From an uncultured Acidobacteriota bacterium (lineage in GTDB: Bacteria > Acidobacteriota > Vicinamibacteria > Vicinamibacterales > UBA8438): a stretch of 64,000 bases of DNA. Positions 38,786-49,761 of this stretch are shown here, piece after piece. The translations under genes were made by a program, and so were the position numbers. A model generated the notes under the pieces. It saw nothing but the letters and a program-made list of their open reading frames with translations. It did not search any database and had not been told where the DNA came from. How positions within the stretch are numbered: position 1 is the stretch's first letter; each line of letters opens with the position of its first letter. The stretch is taken from contig CAJWLU010000010.1 of NCBI GenBank assembly GCA_913043225.1, forward strand, positions 1-64,000, written 5' to 3'.

Positions 38786-39499
38786 ATGGCGATCATTGAA
38801 ACCCGCGACCTCTGGAAGACTTACCGCATGGGCAGCGAGGACATCCATGCGCTGCGAGGCGTGTCCATCGAGATTGAGCGGGGCGAGTATGTCGCCATCA
38901 TGGGTCCATCGGGATCCGGCAAATCCACCCTAATGAATTTGATCGGGTGCCTCGATACGCCGTCGAAAGGTAGCTACCTGCTGAACGGCCATCAGGTGCG
39001 CCAGCTTGACGACGACGAGTTGGCCCGGATCCGGAACGAAGAGATCGGGTTCGTCTTCCAGACCTTCAACTTACTGCCTCGCGCGACCGCTCTTCACAAC
39101 GTCGAGCTTCCGCTCGTCTACGCCGGCATAGCTGGCTCGGACCGTCGCGCGCAGGCCCTGCAGGCACTCGAGCGGGTCGAGTTGGCCGACCGAGTCGGAC
39201 ATCGTCCGAATGAGCTTTCTGGTGGTCAGCGACAGCGTGTCGCTATCGCGCGGGCGCTAGTCAATACCCCGTCGATCCTGCTCGCGGATGAGCCGACAGG
39301 TAACCTCGACTCCAAGACGGGGCTCGAGATCATGAGTCTGTTCGAGCGGCTGCACGCGACCGGCAACACGATCGTGCTCATCACGCACGAACCGGAGATC
39401 GCCGAGTACGCGCACAGGGTTATTCACCTTCGCGACGGCCAGGTGGAGGAGGATGTACGCCAGGCGCACCGTTCGCCCGCCATGGGCGCTACGCCCTGA
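38786..39499 (+). CDS. ABC transporter ATP-binding protein (LolD/MacB-like), no adjacent permease
   Basis: [35 protein letters not shown]. Confidence 0.93.
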   Translation: MAIIETRDLWKTYRMGSEDIHALRGVSIEIERGEYVAIMGPSGSGKSTLMNLIGCLDTPSKGSYLLNGHQVRQLDDDELARIRNEEIGFVFQTFNLLPRATALHNVELPLVYAGIAGSDRRAQALQALERVELADRVGHRPNELSGGQRQRVAIARALVNTPSILLADEPTGNLDSKTGLEIMSLFERLHATGNTIVLITHEPEIAEYAHRVIHLRDGQVEEDVRQAHRSPAMGATP

Positions 39500-39657
39500 G
39501 CCCCCGTTATTCGCACATGCGACTTGAGGAAACCTCACCACTGCGTTCCCCTCGGCAGCCGCAGTTAGCCGGCGATGCGTGACGTGAGTTTTGGCGTTTC
39601 GGCCGAGTGTCCGCTTCTGGAAGCTGGGCCCTGGCGTGATCTCGGGTCGTGGAGTCT

Positions 39658-41205
<1,548 letters not shown>

Positions 41206-41263
41206 CGCGGCCGATTGTAGTAGATCCGCGAACCGCGACGATGGAGTTACAGCCGTCATGGTC

Positions 41264-41292
41264 TTGACATAACTATATATAGTGTCTACGAT
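41264..41292 (+). promoter_or_regulatory. Sigma70-type promoter
   Basis: TTGACA (41264-41269), 17-bp spacer, TACGAT (41287-41292). Confidence 0.75.
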
Positions 41293-41316
41293 TCCCATCG
41301 GCTCTACATTTAGTTG
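41270..41316. promoter_or_regulatory. Tandem NrdR-like boxes
   Basis: taaCTATATATAGtgt (41270-41285) and gctCTAcATtTAGttg (41301-41316) versus consensus acaCwAtATaTwGtgt; 31-bp spacing. Confidence 0.75.
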
Positions 41317-41465
41317 CCTCCCTTGATGATCCTGGTTCGGTTTCAGCCTCGCCAAGAGGCATCGTTCGCCGGTCAGACCGGGGTGTCCACAGCACATGTG
41401 CCATACGGCGGCCCCAGACCCGCCTGGCGGCAGGCCACCATGCCGCCCGTCGAGGAGGTTCCAGG

Positions 41466-41816
41466 ATGGACGATGTCGTGAACCGTTTATCTCGAGAACT
41501 CGCTACCGCGATGGCCGCTGCCGTAGCCGACGATCAGCGGGTAGAAGCCTGCCATGAGAAGGCTCGGGCGGCTGGCTACGACATGAAGGTCTCGCTCGAG
41601 GCGGTGATCGGTTTTGCGAGTCGGTTGGATGAGAAGCGCCTCGCGCCTGCGGCGGTACGCGCCGAGGGCGAAACGGCCTCGGATGCATCGGCAGCCAATG
41701 AAAATCAGGCCGAGTCGAGCGGAGTGCGTCGTGCCGCCGCTGAGGTCATGAGCTCCAACGACCGCCGTTTCCTGCGCTCGCTCCGGATCGCCGCCGACGA
41801 GACACCGCGGGCGTAG
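41466..41816 (+). CDS. Small hypothetical protein
   Basis: Strong SD GAGGAGG; 116 aa; [14 protein letters not shown] and [11 protein letters not shown] blocks flank a low-complexity linker. Confidence 0.8.
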   Translation: MDDVVNRLSRELATAMAAAVADDQRVEACHEKARAAGYDMKVSLEAVIGFASRLDEKRLAPAAVRAEGETASDASAANENQAESSGVRRAAAEVMSSNDRRFLRSLRIAADETPRA

Positions 41817-41826
41817 GGGTTCGCCT

Positions 41827-43377
41827 CTACGACCACTCCCGGAGGTCGCGACCGGTCATCTGTGCCGGTGGCAAGATTCCTAGTACCCCGAGCATCGTCG
41901 GGGCCACGTCCCGCAAGGACCCGTTCCGCATCGGCATTCCGGCTTTCAGTCCCTGGGCCACCATCAGCACGGGCACCGGGTTGGTGGTGTGCGCTGTGTG
42001 CGGACCACGGCGTTCTTCATCCCACATCTGTTCCGCGTTGCCATGATCGGCGGTTATCAACAGGGTGGCGTCGGCCCCCAGTACTGCTGTGACGATGCGT
42101 TCGAGACACTGATCGAGACTCTCGACCGCCGCAACGGTTGCGTCCATGTCGCCCGTGTGTCCCACCATGTCGGCATTGGCGAAGTTGCAGATGATCACGT
42201 CGTGCCGGCGCGCTCTTAGGTCCGCGACCAGATGGTCGGTGATACCGGCGGCGCTCATCTCTGGCTGGAGGTCGTAGGTTGGCACCTTGGGTGAGGGCAC
42301 CAGGATGCGCTCTTCCCCGGCTGTGGGCGTTTCCTCTCCGCAATTAAAGAAGTAGGTGACATGGGCGTACTTCTCGGTTTCGGCGAGACGAAGGTTGGTG
42401 CGTCCGTGCTGGCTCAGTACGTCAGCCAGGTTGCCTGAGAAGGCCTGCGGTGGGAAGGCCACCGGCATGCTGAAGGTGGCGTCGTACTCGGTGAGGGTCA
42501 GCATCCGGAGTCGAGGGCGTCTCGAGCGTGTGAACCCGTCGAAGTCGTCGAAGGCTAGCGCCCGCGTCAACTGTCTGGCCCGGTCCGCGCGATAGTTGAA
42601 GAAGATCACAGCGTCGTCGTCGTCCGGCCGCCCGATCGGAGTCCCTCGCTCGTCGACCACCACGCTCGGTTCGACGAACTCATCGGTTACCTCGTTGGCG
42701 TAGGACTCCGCGACCAGCGCCATCGGATCCGTGCCAGTGGTCCCGATGCCCGAGACGATCGCATCGTAGGCCCGCTGAGTGCGTTCCCAGCGCTTATCTC
42801 GATCCATCGCGTGGTAGCGACCGCAGATGCTGGCGATTCGAGCGCGGCCGGACTCACGACAAACCTGATCTAGCGTGGCTAGATACCCGCTGCCTCCGGT
42901 TGGAGCCGTGTCGCGCCCATCGGTGAAGGCGTGAACGAAGACCCGCTCGACGCCCCGTCGAGCTGCCAGACGCACGATGGCCTCGAGGTGCCGCTGATGC
43001 GAGTGCACGCCGCCGTCAGAAACGAGTCCCACCAGATGAAGGGCTCGGCGCTGACTGACGCAGTGCTCGAGTGTGGCGGAGAGGGCGACGTTGGTGTCGA
43101 GCGCGCCGTCTGCGATCGCCTGATCGATGCGCGTCAGATCCTGGAACACGACTCGTCCCGCACCCAGGTTCATGTGACCCACCTCAGAGTTGCCCATCTG
43201 GCCGGCGGGGAGCCCGACCGCTTCACCACATGTCGTGAGGAGCGAGGAGGGATACGTTTCGCGGAGTGCCTGATAGATCGGCGTGCGGGCGGTCCGGATC
43301 GCGTTGCCCTCGGGGCGAGCCGCTTCGCCCCAGCCGTCGAAGACGACGAGGACGATAGGTCGAGGAGTGCTGGTCAT
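41827..43377 (-). CDS. gpmI: 2,3-bisphosphoglycerate-independent phosphoglycerate mutase
   Basis: DGWG, GQMGNSEVGH, SDGGVHSH, AETEKYAHVT, DMVGHTG, TADHGN. Confidence 0.97.
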   Translation of the reverse strand: MTSTPRPIVLVVFDGWGEAARPEGNAIRTARTPIYQALRETYPSSLLTTCGEAVGLPAGQMGNSEVGHMNLGAGRVVFQDLTRIDQAIADGALDTNVALSATLEHCVSQRRALHLVGLVSDGGVHSHQRHLEAIVRLAARRGVERVFVHAFTDGRDTAPTGGSGYLATLDQVCRESGRARIASICGRYHAMDRDKRWERTQRAYDAIVSGIGTTGTDPMALVAESYANEVTDEFVEPSVVVDERGTPIGRPDDDDAVIFFNYRADRARQLTRALAFDDFDGFTRSRRPRLRMLTLTEYDATFSMPVAFPPQAFSGNLADVLSQHGRTNLRLAETEKYAHVTYFFNCGEETPTAGEERILVPSPKVPTYDLQPEMSAAGITDHLVADLRARRHDVIICNFANADMVGHTGDMDATVAAVESLDQCLERIVTAVLGADATLLITADHGNAEQMWDEERRGPHTAHTTNPVPVLMVAQGLKAGMPMRNGSLRDVAPTMLGVLGILPPAQMTGRDLREWS

Positions 43378-43660
43378 GGATTGCCAGGCAGATTCGCGGC
43401 CGGATGATATCACGTGGCCGGAGAACGGCGCCGGGCGTGAACTCTCGCAGAATCAACAGGTTGTGGCCATTCAAGGTCACATTGACTTGCCTCTTGCGGG
43501 TCCACTAAGATCGACGACGTCTCGGTTTATTCCTGCTGGTCAGGCCCCAGCCAGCTGGGCGAGAAAGTGCGGACCGCGCTGGTAGCGGTTGCGATCCGTA
43601 TCGACCTGTTCCCGCGCGCTCAACGGGGGACAGGTGATCGTTCGAAGGAGAGTTCGGTAT

Positions 43661-44692
43661 ATGGAGTCGATTGTGGGATCCCGAGCCCGGGCGCTGATGT
43701 GGATCGTGGCGTTCGCCGTGGCCTGCGGCACGGGCCTAAAGGCTCAGGAACGGGAACAGACCGAGGAAGAGGACAGGGAGATCGTCTCGCTCGCCACCAT
43801 TGTCGGGGCGGCGCTCCAGGGGCAGATCGTGCCGACCGAGGAACCGTTCGAGTGGGTCAACGACTACCTGAAGAGCAGCGAACGGACCACCTTCATCCCG
43901 TTCACGCTCTCCATCGAGCAGGCGAAGCTCAGTACCCCTACGGTGGCCATGTACATCTTCGTAGCCGAAGAAGGCGCAGTGGCCAGGCCGGCGGTGGACG
44001 GAGGCGCGGTGCCGGAGTTGCCCGAACCGGCCTTCGAGGACGCCTATCACGTCGATCTCGGAGCGCCGACGCCTACTGGCATGTACGAGATTCGCCGTGG
44101 CTTCTGGGCTCCCAGCGGTAGCTACGATGTATACGTTGCCCTCAGCGAGAGCAGTGTGCCAGACGGTACTGAAGCGACAACGATGATGCTGAAGAAGTCT
44201 GTCGACGTTCCCGATATGTGGGGCACCCGGCTGACGACCAGCAGCGTCATCCAGGCCAGCCGTATCGAACCGCTGACCGAACCTCCGCCGGTCGACCAGC
44301 AGCTGGCGAATCCGTACACGCTGGGCACGCTGCGTATCGTGCCTAAATCGACGCCGACCTATCTCACCTCCGACGAGCTGTCGATAGTGTTTCTCGTCTA
44401 TAACGTTGGGCTAACGCCGTCCGGTTTGCCGGATGTCGACGTCACCTATACTTTTAATACCCACGGGGCTGCCGGGGCCGAGTACTTCAACCAGACCAAC
44501 CCGCAGGTGTTCAACGAACAGACGTTGCCACCCGGCTTCGATCTGGCCGCCGGTCACCAACTGGTGGCCGGGCAGGCGGTGCCGCTCACAGCGTTTCCGG
44601 CTGCAGATTATCGGCTCGACATCACGGTGACCGACAAGACAAATGGCGCAACGCTGACCCGAAACATCGAGTTCTCGGTGTCGGCATCCTGA
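43661..44692 (+). CDS. Secreted hypothetical protein with beta-rich (Ig-like) domains
   Basis: SD AAGGAG, signal peptide, C-terminal YRLDITVTD strand pattern. Confidence 0.7.
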   Translation: MESIVGSRARALMWIVAFAVACGTGLKAQEREQTEEEDREIVSLATIVGAALQGQIVPTEEPFEWVNDYLKSSERTTFIPFTLSIEQAKLSTPTVAMYIFVAEEGAVARPAVDGGAVPELPEPAFEDAYHVDLGAPTPTGMYEIRRGFWAPSGSYDVYVALSESSVPDGTEATTMMLKKSVDVPDMWGTRLTTSSVIQASRIEPLTEPPPVDQQLANPYTLGTLRIVPKSTPTYLTSDELSIVFLVYNVGLTPSGLPDVDVTYTFNTHGAAGAEYFNQTNPQVFNEQTLPPGFDLAAGHQLVAGQAVPLTAFPAADYRLDITVTDKTNGATLTRNIEFSVSAS

Positions 44693-44702
44693 GGCAGTCA
44701 CG

Positions 44703-46583
44703 ATGCATGTTCCTCACCGATTGCTCGTCAGCGTATCCGTCGGCGTGTGGTTCGGCTCCCTGGGAGTTGCCGCGGTCGCTGCGCAGGTGCCGGTATCGGC
44801 ACCTGCCTCCGGATTGACGACCGCGGCGGTGGTGACCGGTGAGATCGTGGGCGCTGTGACCGACGTCGCCGGCGAACCGCTGTCTGGAGCGTTGGTGTCG
44901 GTGTTTGGTCCCTCGGGAGCCGAGCTCGCTAGGTCCAATCGCGACGGTGGTTTCTCGCTGTTGTCTCTGATTCCTGGCTCCTATCTCGTACAAGTGCACC
45001 GCACGGGTTACGCGGCGTCGCGTCGTGAGTTGGTTCAGGTTGCGCCTGGGCCCCCCGTCGTGTTGCCGGTCACCTTGTCCCAGGCGTCCAAAGTGTCGGC
45101 CGCCTTGCTCGCGGGCGCGGCTCTTCCGACCCGGGCGATCGGTGTACGGGACGAAGCTGAGGACGAGGCAGACACCGAGGACGTGGTCGGGACCACGGCG
45201 CCCCACGATCACAGCGAGCGGGCATGGCGGCTCCGTCGAGCGCGACGCAGTGTTCTTAAAGACGTCTCCGCGAGCGGATTTCTCGGCGACACCGACAACG
45301 CGGGTCACATGGCAATGGCCCGCAACCTGGGACCGACGCCGCTTGAGCGCATACCGCTGCGCGCAGAGGTCAATCTGCTCACTCGGAGCTCCTTCGAGTC
45401 GCCGTCCCTGTTCGACGTGGGCCAGCCACGGCCAGCCGGGATCGCCAACCTGTCGGTCGGGGCCCCGGTGTGGGGTGGCGATTGGTCGGCGCAAGGGGCG
45501 ATGACCACGGGAGACGTGAGTTCGTGGGTTGTGGCGGGAGAGTGGATCGCCGATTCGGACACCCCGCATCAGCTTGGCCTCGACGTGTCCTATGGCCGGC
45601 AGCAGTACTACGGCGGGAATCCTGCCGCACTGACGGTCGCCTCCGAGAGTCGGTACGCCGCCAGTTTCGGGGTGTCTGACCGATGGACGCTCAGCCCGAC
45701 TCTGACCGCGGAGCTGGGCGCGCGCTACGCGACCTATGGCTACTTGCAGGAGCGTGGTCTGTTCAGCCCTCGAGCAGCCCTGGACTACGAGTTCACACAG
45801 GGCATTCGTCTGCGTATCGCCGGCTCGCGTGAGGTGACCGCGCCTGGCGCCGAGGAGTTTCTTCCTCCGGTGGACAGTGAACTGTGGCTGCCCCCCGAGC
45901 GGACGTTCGCTGCCCTGTCGCCCGAGTACGGGCTACATGCGCAGGTTACCCGGCACTTCGACATTGGTATCGAAGGCGATGTCACCGATGGTTACGTCGT
46001 CGGTGTACGGCGCTTCTACCAGGACGTCACCGATCAGATGGCTACACTGTTCGGCGTCGATGAGCTGGGGGTCGCGCCGACCGGTCACTACTACCTGGCC
46101 CGAGCTGGCGGTGTCATGAGCCGGGGCTGGATCCTCAGCGTTCGGCGTGAATTTGGTGACCGGATCAACGGTTCGATCGACTATGCAATGGCCGATGCGT
46201 TCTGGGCCCAGTCGAGCGTCGACACCGAGCTCGGGCTCGCGGTGCCGGGTGCCATCCGTCCGCCTACCGAGTGGTTTCATGATTTGAGTGCCACCGTCCA
46301 GGCCGTGATCCCCGAGACTTCGACCAGTATCTACGTGCGCTGCCGTGTCAGCGGCGGGTTTGTGCCGACCGAGCCTGGCGACGCCGATGGCATGGAACCG
46401 CGATTCGACATCCGGGTACGGCAGGAGCTGCCCTTCTCACCGCTCGACACCGGGCGCTGGGAGGCGTTGGTCGCGGTGCGCAGCCTCTTCTTCGGACCCC
46501 AGAGCGCCGCTTCGATGTTCGACGAGCTGCTCGTCACGCGGCCTCCCAAGCAGGTCGTCGGCGGTCTCGTCGTCCATTTCTGA
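44703..46583 (+). CDS. Outer-membrane beta-barrel (TonB-receptor-like) with carboxypeptidase-regulatory-like N-terminal domain
   Basis: Signal peptide, GAVTD..G.PL.GA.V, DRWTLSPTLTAELGARY, FSPRAAL, terminal Phe. Confidence 0.7.
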   Translation: MHVPHRLLVSVSVGVWFGSLGVAAVAAQVPVSAPASGLTTAAVVTGEIVGAVTDVAGEPLSGALVSVFGPSGAELARSNRDGGFSLLSLIPGSYLVQVHRTGYAASRRELVQVAPGPPVVLPVTLSQASKVSAALLAGAALPTRAIGVRDEAEDEADTEDVVGTTAPHDHSERAWRLRRARRSVLKDVSASGFLGDTDNAGHMAMARNLGPTPLERIPLRAEVNLLTRSSFESPSLFDVGQPRPAGIANLSVGAPVWGGDWSAQGAMTTGDVSSWVVAGEWIADSDTPHQLGLDVSYGRQQYYGGNPAALTVASESRYAASFGVSDRWTLSPTLTAELGARYATYGYLQERGLFSPRAALDYEFTQGIRLRIAGSREVTAPGAEEFLPPVDSELWLPPERTFAALSPEYGLHAQVTRHFDIGIEGDVTDGYVVGVRRFYQDVTDQMATLFGVDELGVAPTGHYYLARAGGVMSRGWILSVRREFGDRINGSIDYAMADAFWAQSSVDTELGLAVPGAIRPPTEWFHDLSATVQAVIPETSTSIYVRCRVSGGFVPTEPGDADGMEPRFDIRVRQELPFSPLDTGRWEALVAVRSLFFGPQSAASMFDELLVTRPPKQVVGGLVVHF

Positions 46584-46774
46584 CTGGCGCTCCAACCCCC
46601 AAGAGTGCAAGGGTGCGACTCCATAGCGTGCCGGGAACCCGTTTCACCCAGTCAAGAGATTCATATTTTCGGATCTAATAATCATTCGCTTGGATCCCTG
46701 GCTCACTCCGATGCAGCTTTGTCCATGCAAGTGACTTATTTGCTATGATTTAAGTTAGGTGTCTCAGTCGAAGG

Positions 46775-46790
46775 TGGAACGACGATTGCA
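46775..46790 (+). promoter_or_regulatory. Sigma54 (-24/-12) promoter
   Basis: TGGAAC-GACGA-TTGCA (GG-N10-GC), preceded by an AT-rich tract. Confidence 0.65.
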
Positions 46791-46808
46791 TCGACGTGGA
46801 TCGCAGAT

Positions 46809-49730
46809 GTGTCTGGGGGGGTGCGCGTGAACCTGCCTGCCGCGTCGGTCCGCCGACGACAGCGCTGGCGGGGGTGGATACCAGCCGGTCTGGCCGTGGC
46901 GCTCGTCGCGTCACTCATCTGTCTCGCTGGTGCCAATGTCGTCGTGCGCTCCAACTGGAGCGAACTGGTCGATGGCGTCCTCTGGACGACCGGTCCCGAT
47001 GGCGTCATGGCGGCCGAAGTCGGTCCTGGCGAGGCCGGCGCCCTCGCCGGCGTGGAACCGGGCGACGTTCTCCTTTTCATCGGCGACCAGCCCATCGAGA
47101 CCGAAGACGACGTGCCGGTCGCGCTCCACGCGAGCCGGCCAGGCGCCGCATTGACCTACTCGTTGCTTCGGCTGGGTGAGTCCCGGTTGTTGCAGCTGTC
47201 CTTGCGGCCGGTGCCCACCGGCCAGCCCCAGGTGTACTTCGTACTGGCTGCCATAGGAGTCTTCACTCTGCTGGTAGGCACGCTCGTGCGGCTGCGTCGA
47301 CCCGGGACGCCGGCCACTTTGCACTTCTTCTGGTTGAGCGTTGCTTTCTTCGGCATGTTCGCCTTCTCGTTCTCTGGTCGGCTCGATCGGCTGGACTGGC
47401 TGTTCTACTGGGCCGACGCGATCTCCACCTTACTGCTGGCTCCGATGTTCGTCCATTTCGCGCTGGTGTTCCCGGAGCGGGCGACGGGCTGGATTCGAGA
47501 TCGCCTCGGGCGTACCCTGCTGCCGCTGGTTTACGGTCCGGCGGTGGCGCTCGGGGTGGCCGAGGCGATGGCGTTGATGGCCGATGCGTCGACGGCCCTA
47601 TTCTCGTCCTCGATTGAGACGATTTGGCGGCTGCAGTTCGCCTATCTGGCGGTATGCGTCGTCTCCGGCTTGGCGCTGATGATTCTCACGTTGCGGCGCG
47701 TGCCGTCGATGACCTCGAAGCGGCAGCTCCGGTGGATCGTCGGCGGCGCGTTGCTTGGCGGCCTCCCGTTCGCCCTCGGCTACGCTTTTCCTTGGGCCTT
47801 CGGTTTCGACACCGCTCCACTCGATCTGACGGCGATTCCTCTCAGCCTGATCCCGTTGGCCTTTGCGTCGGCCATCGTCCGCTACCGTCTCCGGGATGTC
47901 GAGGTCATTATCAAGCGAGGCCTGGTCTACACTGCCGCAGTCTCGGCGATGGTCGCCATCTACATGGTGCTCGAGCGTCTGGCCACCGAGGTGTTTCTCG
48001 ACGAAGAGGATGGCTACAACGCCGTGATCGCGCTCTTGGCCACGGCCGTGGTGGTCCTGGTCGCGAGTCCCGTCAAGAACGCGATCCAGTCCATGCTGGA
48101 CCGAGTCTACTACCGTGACCGTTACGACTATCGGCGAGCCCTCGTGGGGTTCGCGCGCGAGCTGAACAGCGATCTCGATCTTCCCCGTCTGGCCGCCCGG
48201 CTCGTGAACCGGGTGACCGAGACGCTGGTCATCGACCATACGGTCTTGATGCTGTCGCCGCTTGACGGGGGGGCGGGGGCCTTCGTGCCGTTTCGCGCGG
48301 CCGGCGAGCGGCCCGTTGCCAGCTGGCCCTCACTCGACCGGCAGTCGAGCATCGGCCGCCGTTTGGTCGAGGGCCACACCCTCATGCTGGATGAACCGGC
48401 TGTGATGCGCCGGCAGCCTGTAGAGGATGTCCAGTTCTGGCAGAACCAGGGGATCCATTACTTCGTTCCCTGTGTTTCTGAGGGTGGCACCATCGGGGTG
48501 CTGGCGCTTGGCGCCAAAACCAGCGGCGAGCCGTTGAGCAGCGAGGACGTGGCGCTCCTCGCTGCGGTGGCGGCCCAGGTGGCGACCGCCATCGAGAACG
48601 GACGGTTGTACACGCAGCTGCAAGACAAGGCGTCGGAGGTCGATCAGATCCGGGAGTTCAACGAGAACATCATTGAGTCGTTGAACGACGGATTAGTGGT
48701 GCTGGACCTCGAGGACAGGATCGTGCGGTGGAACCGCGCATTGGGGCGTCTGCACGGGGTGTCCCGCACCGAGGCGATCGGCCAGCCACTGGGCGAGCTG
48801 TTCGATGCGGGCTTTGTCGAGCGCCTCGGTCAGGCACGGCGGGAGCAGCCGGCCGGGACGCTCCTCTATCGGGTGCCACTCTCGTCGCGGCATGAGGACG
48901 AGCGTCGACAGTTGCTGGTCAACGCGGCGGTAGCGCCGCTGCGGGCCTCCGACGGGGGAACCGAGGGGACGATGGTGATCCTAGAGGACATCACCTCTCG
49001 CGTGCGGCTCGAAGAGCAGCTCCAGCTATCGGACAAGATGGCGTCGATCGGCTTGCTGGCGACCGGGGTTGCCCATGAGGTGAACACGCCGCTGACCGGG
49101 ATCTCGAGCTTTACCCAGATGTTGCTCGAGAGCACAGACACCGAAGATCCGAGGACCCAGCTGCTCGAGAAGATCGAGCAGCAGACGTTCCGGGCGGCCA
49201 AGATAGTCAATGGACTCCTTAATCTTGCCCGGCCGGGTCGCACCGATGCGGCCGGCCCGGTCGACGTCAATGCCGTGATCAACGATGTACTGGGGTTGCT
49301 CGAGCACCAGCTGCAGACCGGCAACATCCAGCTTCGTCGCGAGCTGTCGTCGACGCCCACCATGGTGCAGGGAGTGGAGTTCAAGCTCCAGCAGGTGTTC
49401 TTGAATCTATTCCTCAACGCGCGGGATGCGATGCCCACCGGGGGTTGGCTGACGGTGGTGACCCGCACCGAAGAGCACCAGGCCGTCATCGAGGTGGCCG
49501 ACACCGGCACCGGTATTTCGGCCGAGGCGCTGTCCCGGATCTACGACCCCTTCTTCACGACCAAGGCGGTCGGACAGGGGACGGGGCTGGGACTCTCGAT
49601 CACCTATGGGGTGATCAAAGAACACAACGGATCGATCGAATGTCAGAGCGGGCCGGATCAAGGAGCGCGATTCCGCGTCACCCTCCCGATGGTCTCGAGC
49701 ACGGAAAGGCTGTCCGGTGTCCAGAGCTAG
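46809..49730 (+). CDS. Sensor histidine kinase (PDZ, multi-TM, GAF, PAS, HisKA, HATPase)
   Basis: AGVEPGDVLL (PDZ), AHEVNTPL, NLFLNARDAM, DTGTGI, PFFTTK, GTGLGL. Confidence 0.92.
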   Translation: MSGGVRVNLPAASVRRRQRWRGWIPAGLAVALVASLICLAGANVVVRSNWSELVDGVLWTTGPDGVMAAEVGPGEAGALAGVEPGDVLLFIGDQPIETEDDVPVALHASRPGAALTYSLLRLGESRLLQLSLRPVPTGQPQVYFVLAAIGVFTLLVGTLVRLRRPGTPATLHFFWLSVAFFGMFAFSFSGRLDRLDWLFYWADAISTLLLAPMFVHFALVFPERATGWIRDRLGRTLLPLVYGPAVALGVAEAMALMADASTALFSSSIETIWRLQFAYLAVCVVSGLALMILTLRRVPSMTSKRQLRWIVGGALLGGLPFALGYAFPWAFGFDTAPLDLTAIPLSLIPLAFASAIVRYRLRDVEVIIKRGLVYTAAVSAMVAIYMVLERLATEVFLDEEDGYNAVIALLATAVVVLVASPVKNAIQSMLDRVYYRDRYDYRRALVGFARELNSDLDLPRLAARLVNRVTETLVIDHTVLMLSPLDGGAGAFVPFRAAGERPVASWPSLDRQSSIGRRLVEGHTLMLDEPAVMRRQPVEDVQFWQNQGIHYFVPCVSEGGTIGVLALGAKTSGEPLSSEDVALLAAVAAQVATAIENGRLYTQLQDKASEVDQIREFNENIIESLNDGLVVLDLEDRIVRWNRALGRLHGVSRTEAIGQPLGELFDAGFVERLGQARREQPAGTLLYRVPLSSRHEDERRQLLVNAAVAPLRASDGGTEGTMVILEDITSRVRLEEQLQLSDKMASIGLLATGVAHEVNTPLTGISSFTQMLLESTDTEDPRTQLLEKIEQQTFRAAKIVNGLLNLARPGRTDAAGPVDVNAVINDVLGLLEHQLQTGNIQLRRELSSTPTMVQGVEFKLQQVFLNLFLNARDAMPTGGWLTVVTRTEEHQAVIEVADTGTGISAEALSRIYDPFFTTKAVGQGTGLGLSITYGVIKEHNGSIECQSGPDQGARFRVTLPMVSSTERLSGVQS

Positions 49731-49761
49731 CGGCGTCGAAGATCCGGCGGTTGACACGCTG

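Noticed and set aside
41206..41465. Cobalamin riboswitch upstream of the mutase
   Set aside because: No B12-box consensus seen; the mutase has a -10 box only 8 nt before its ATG.
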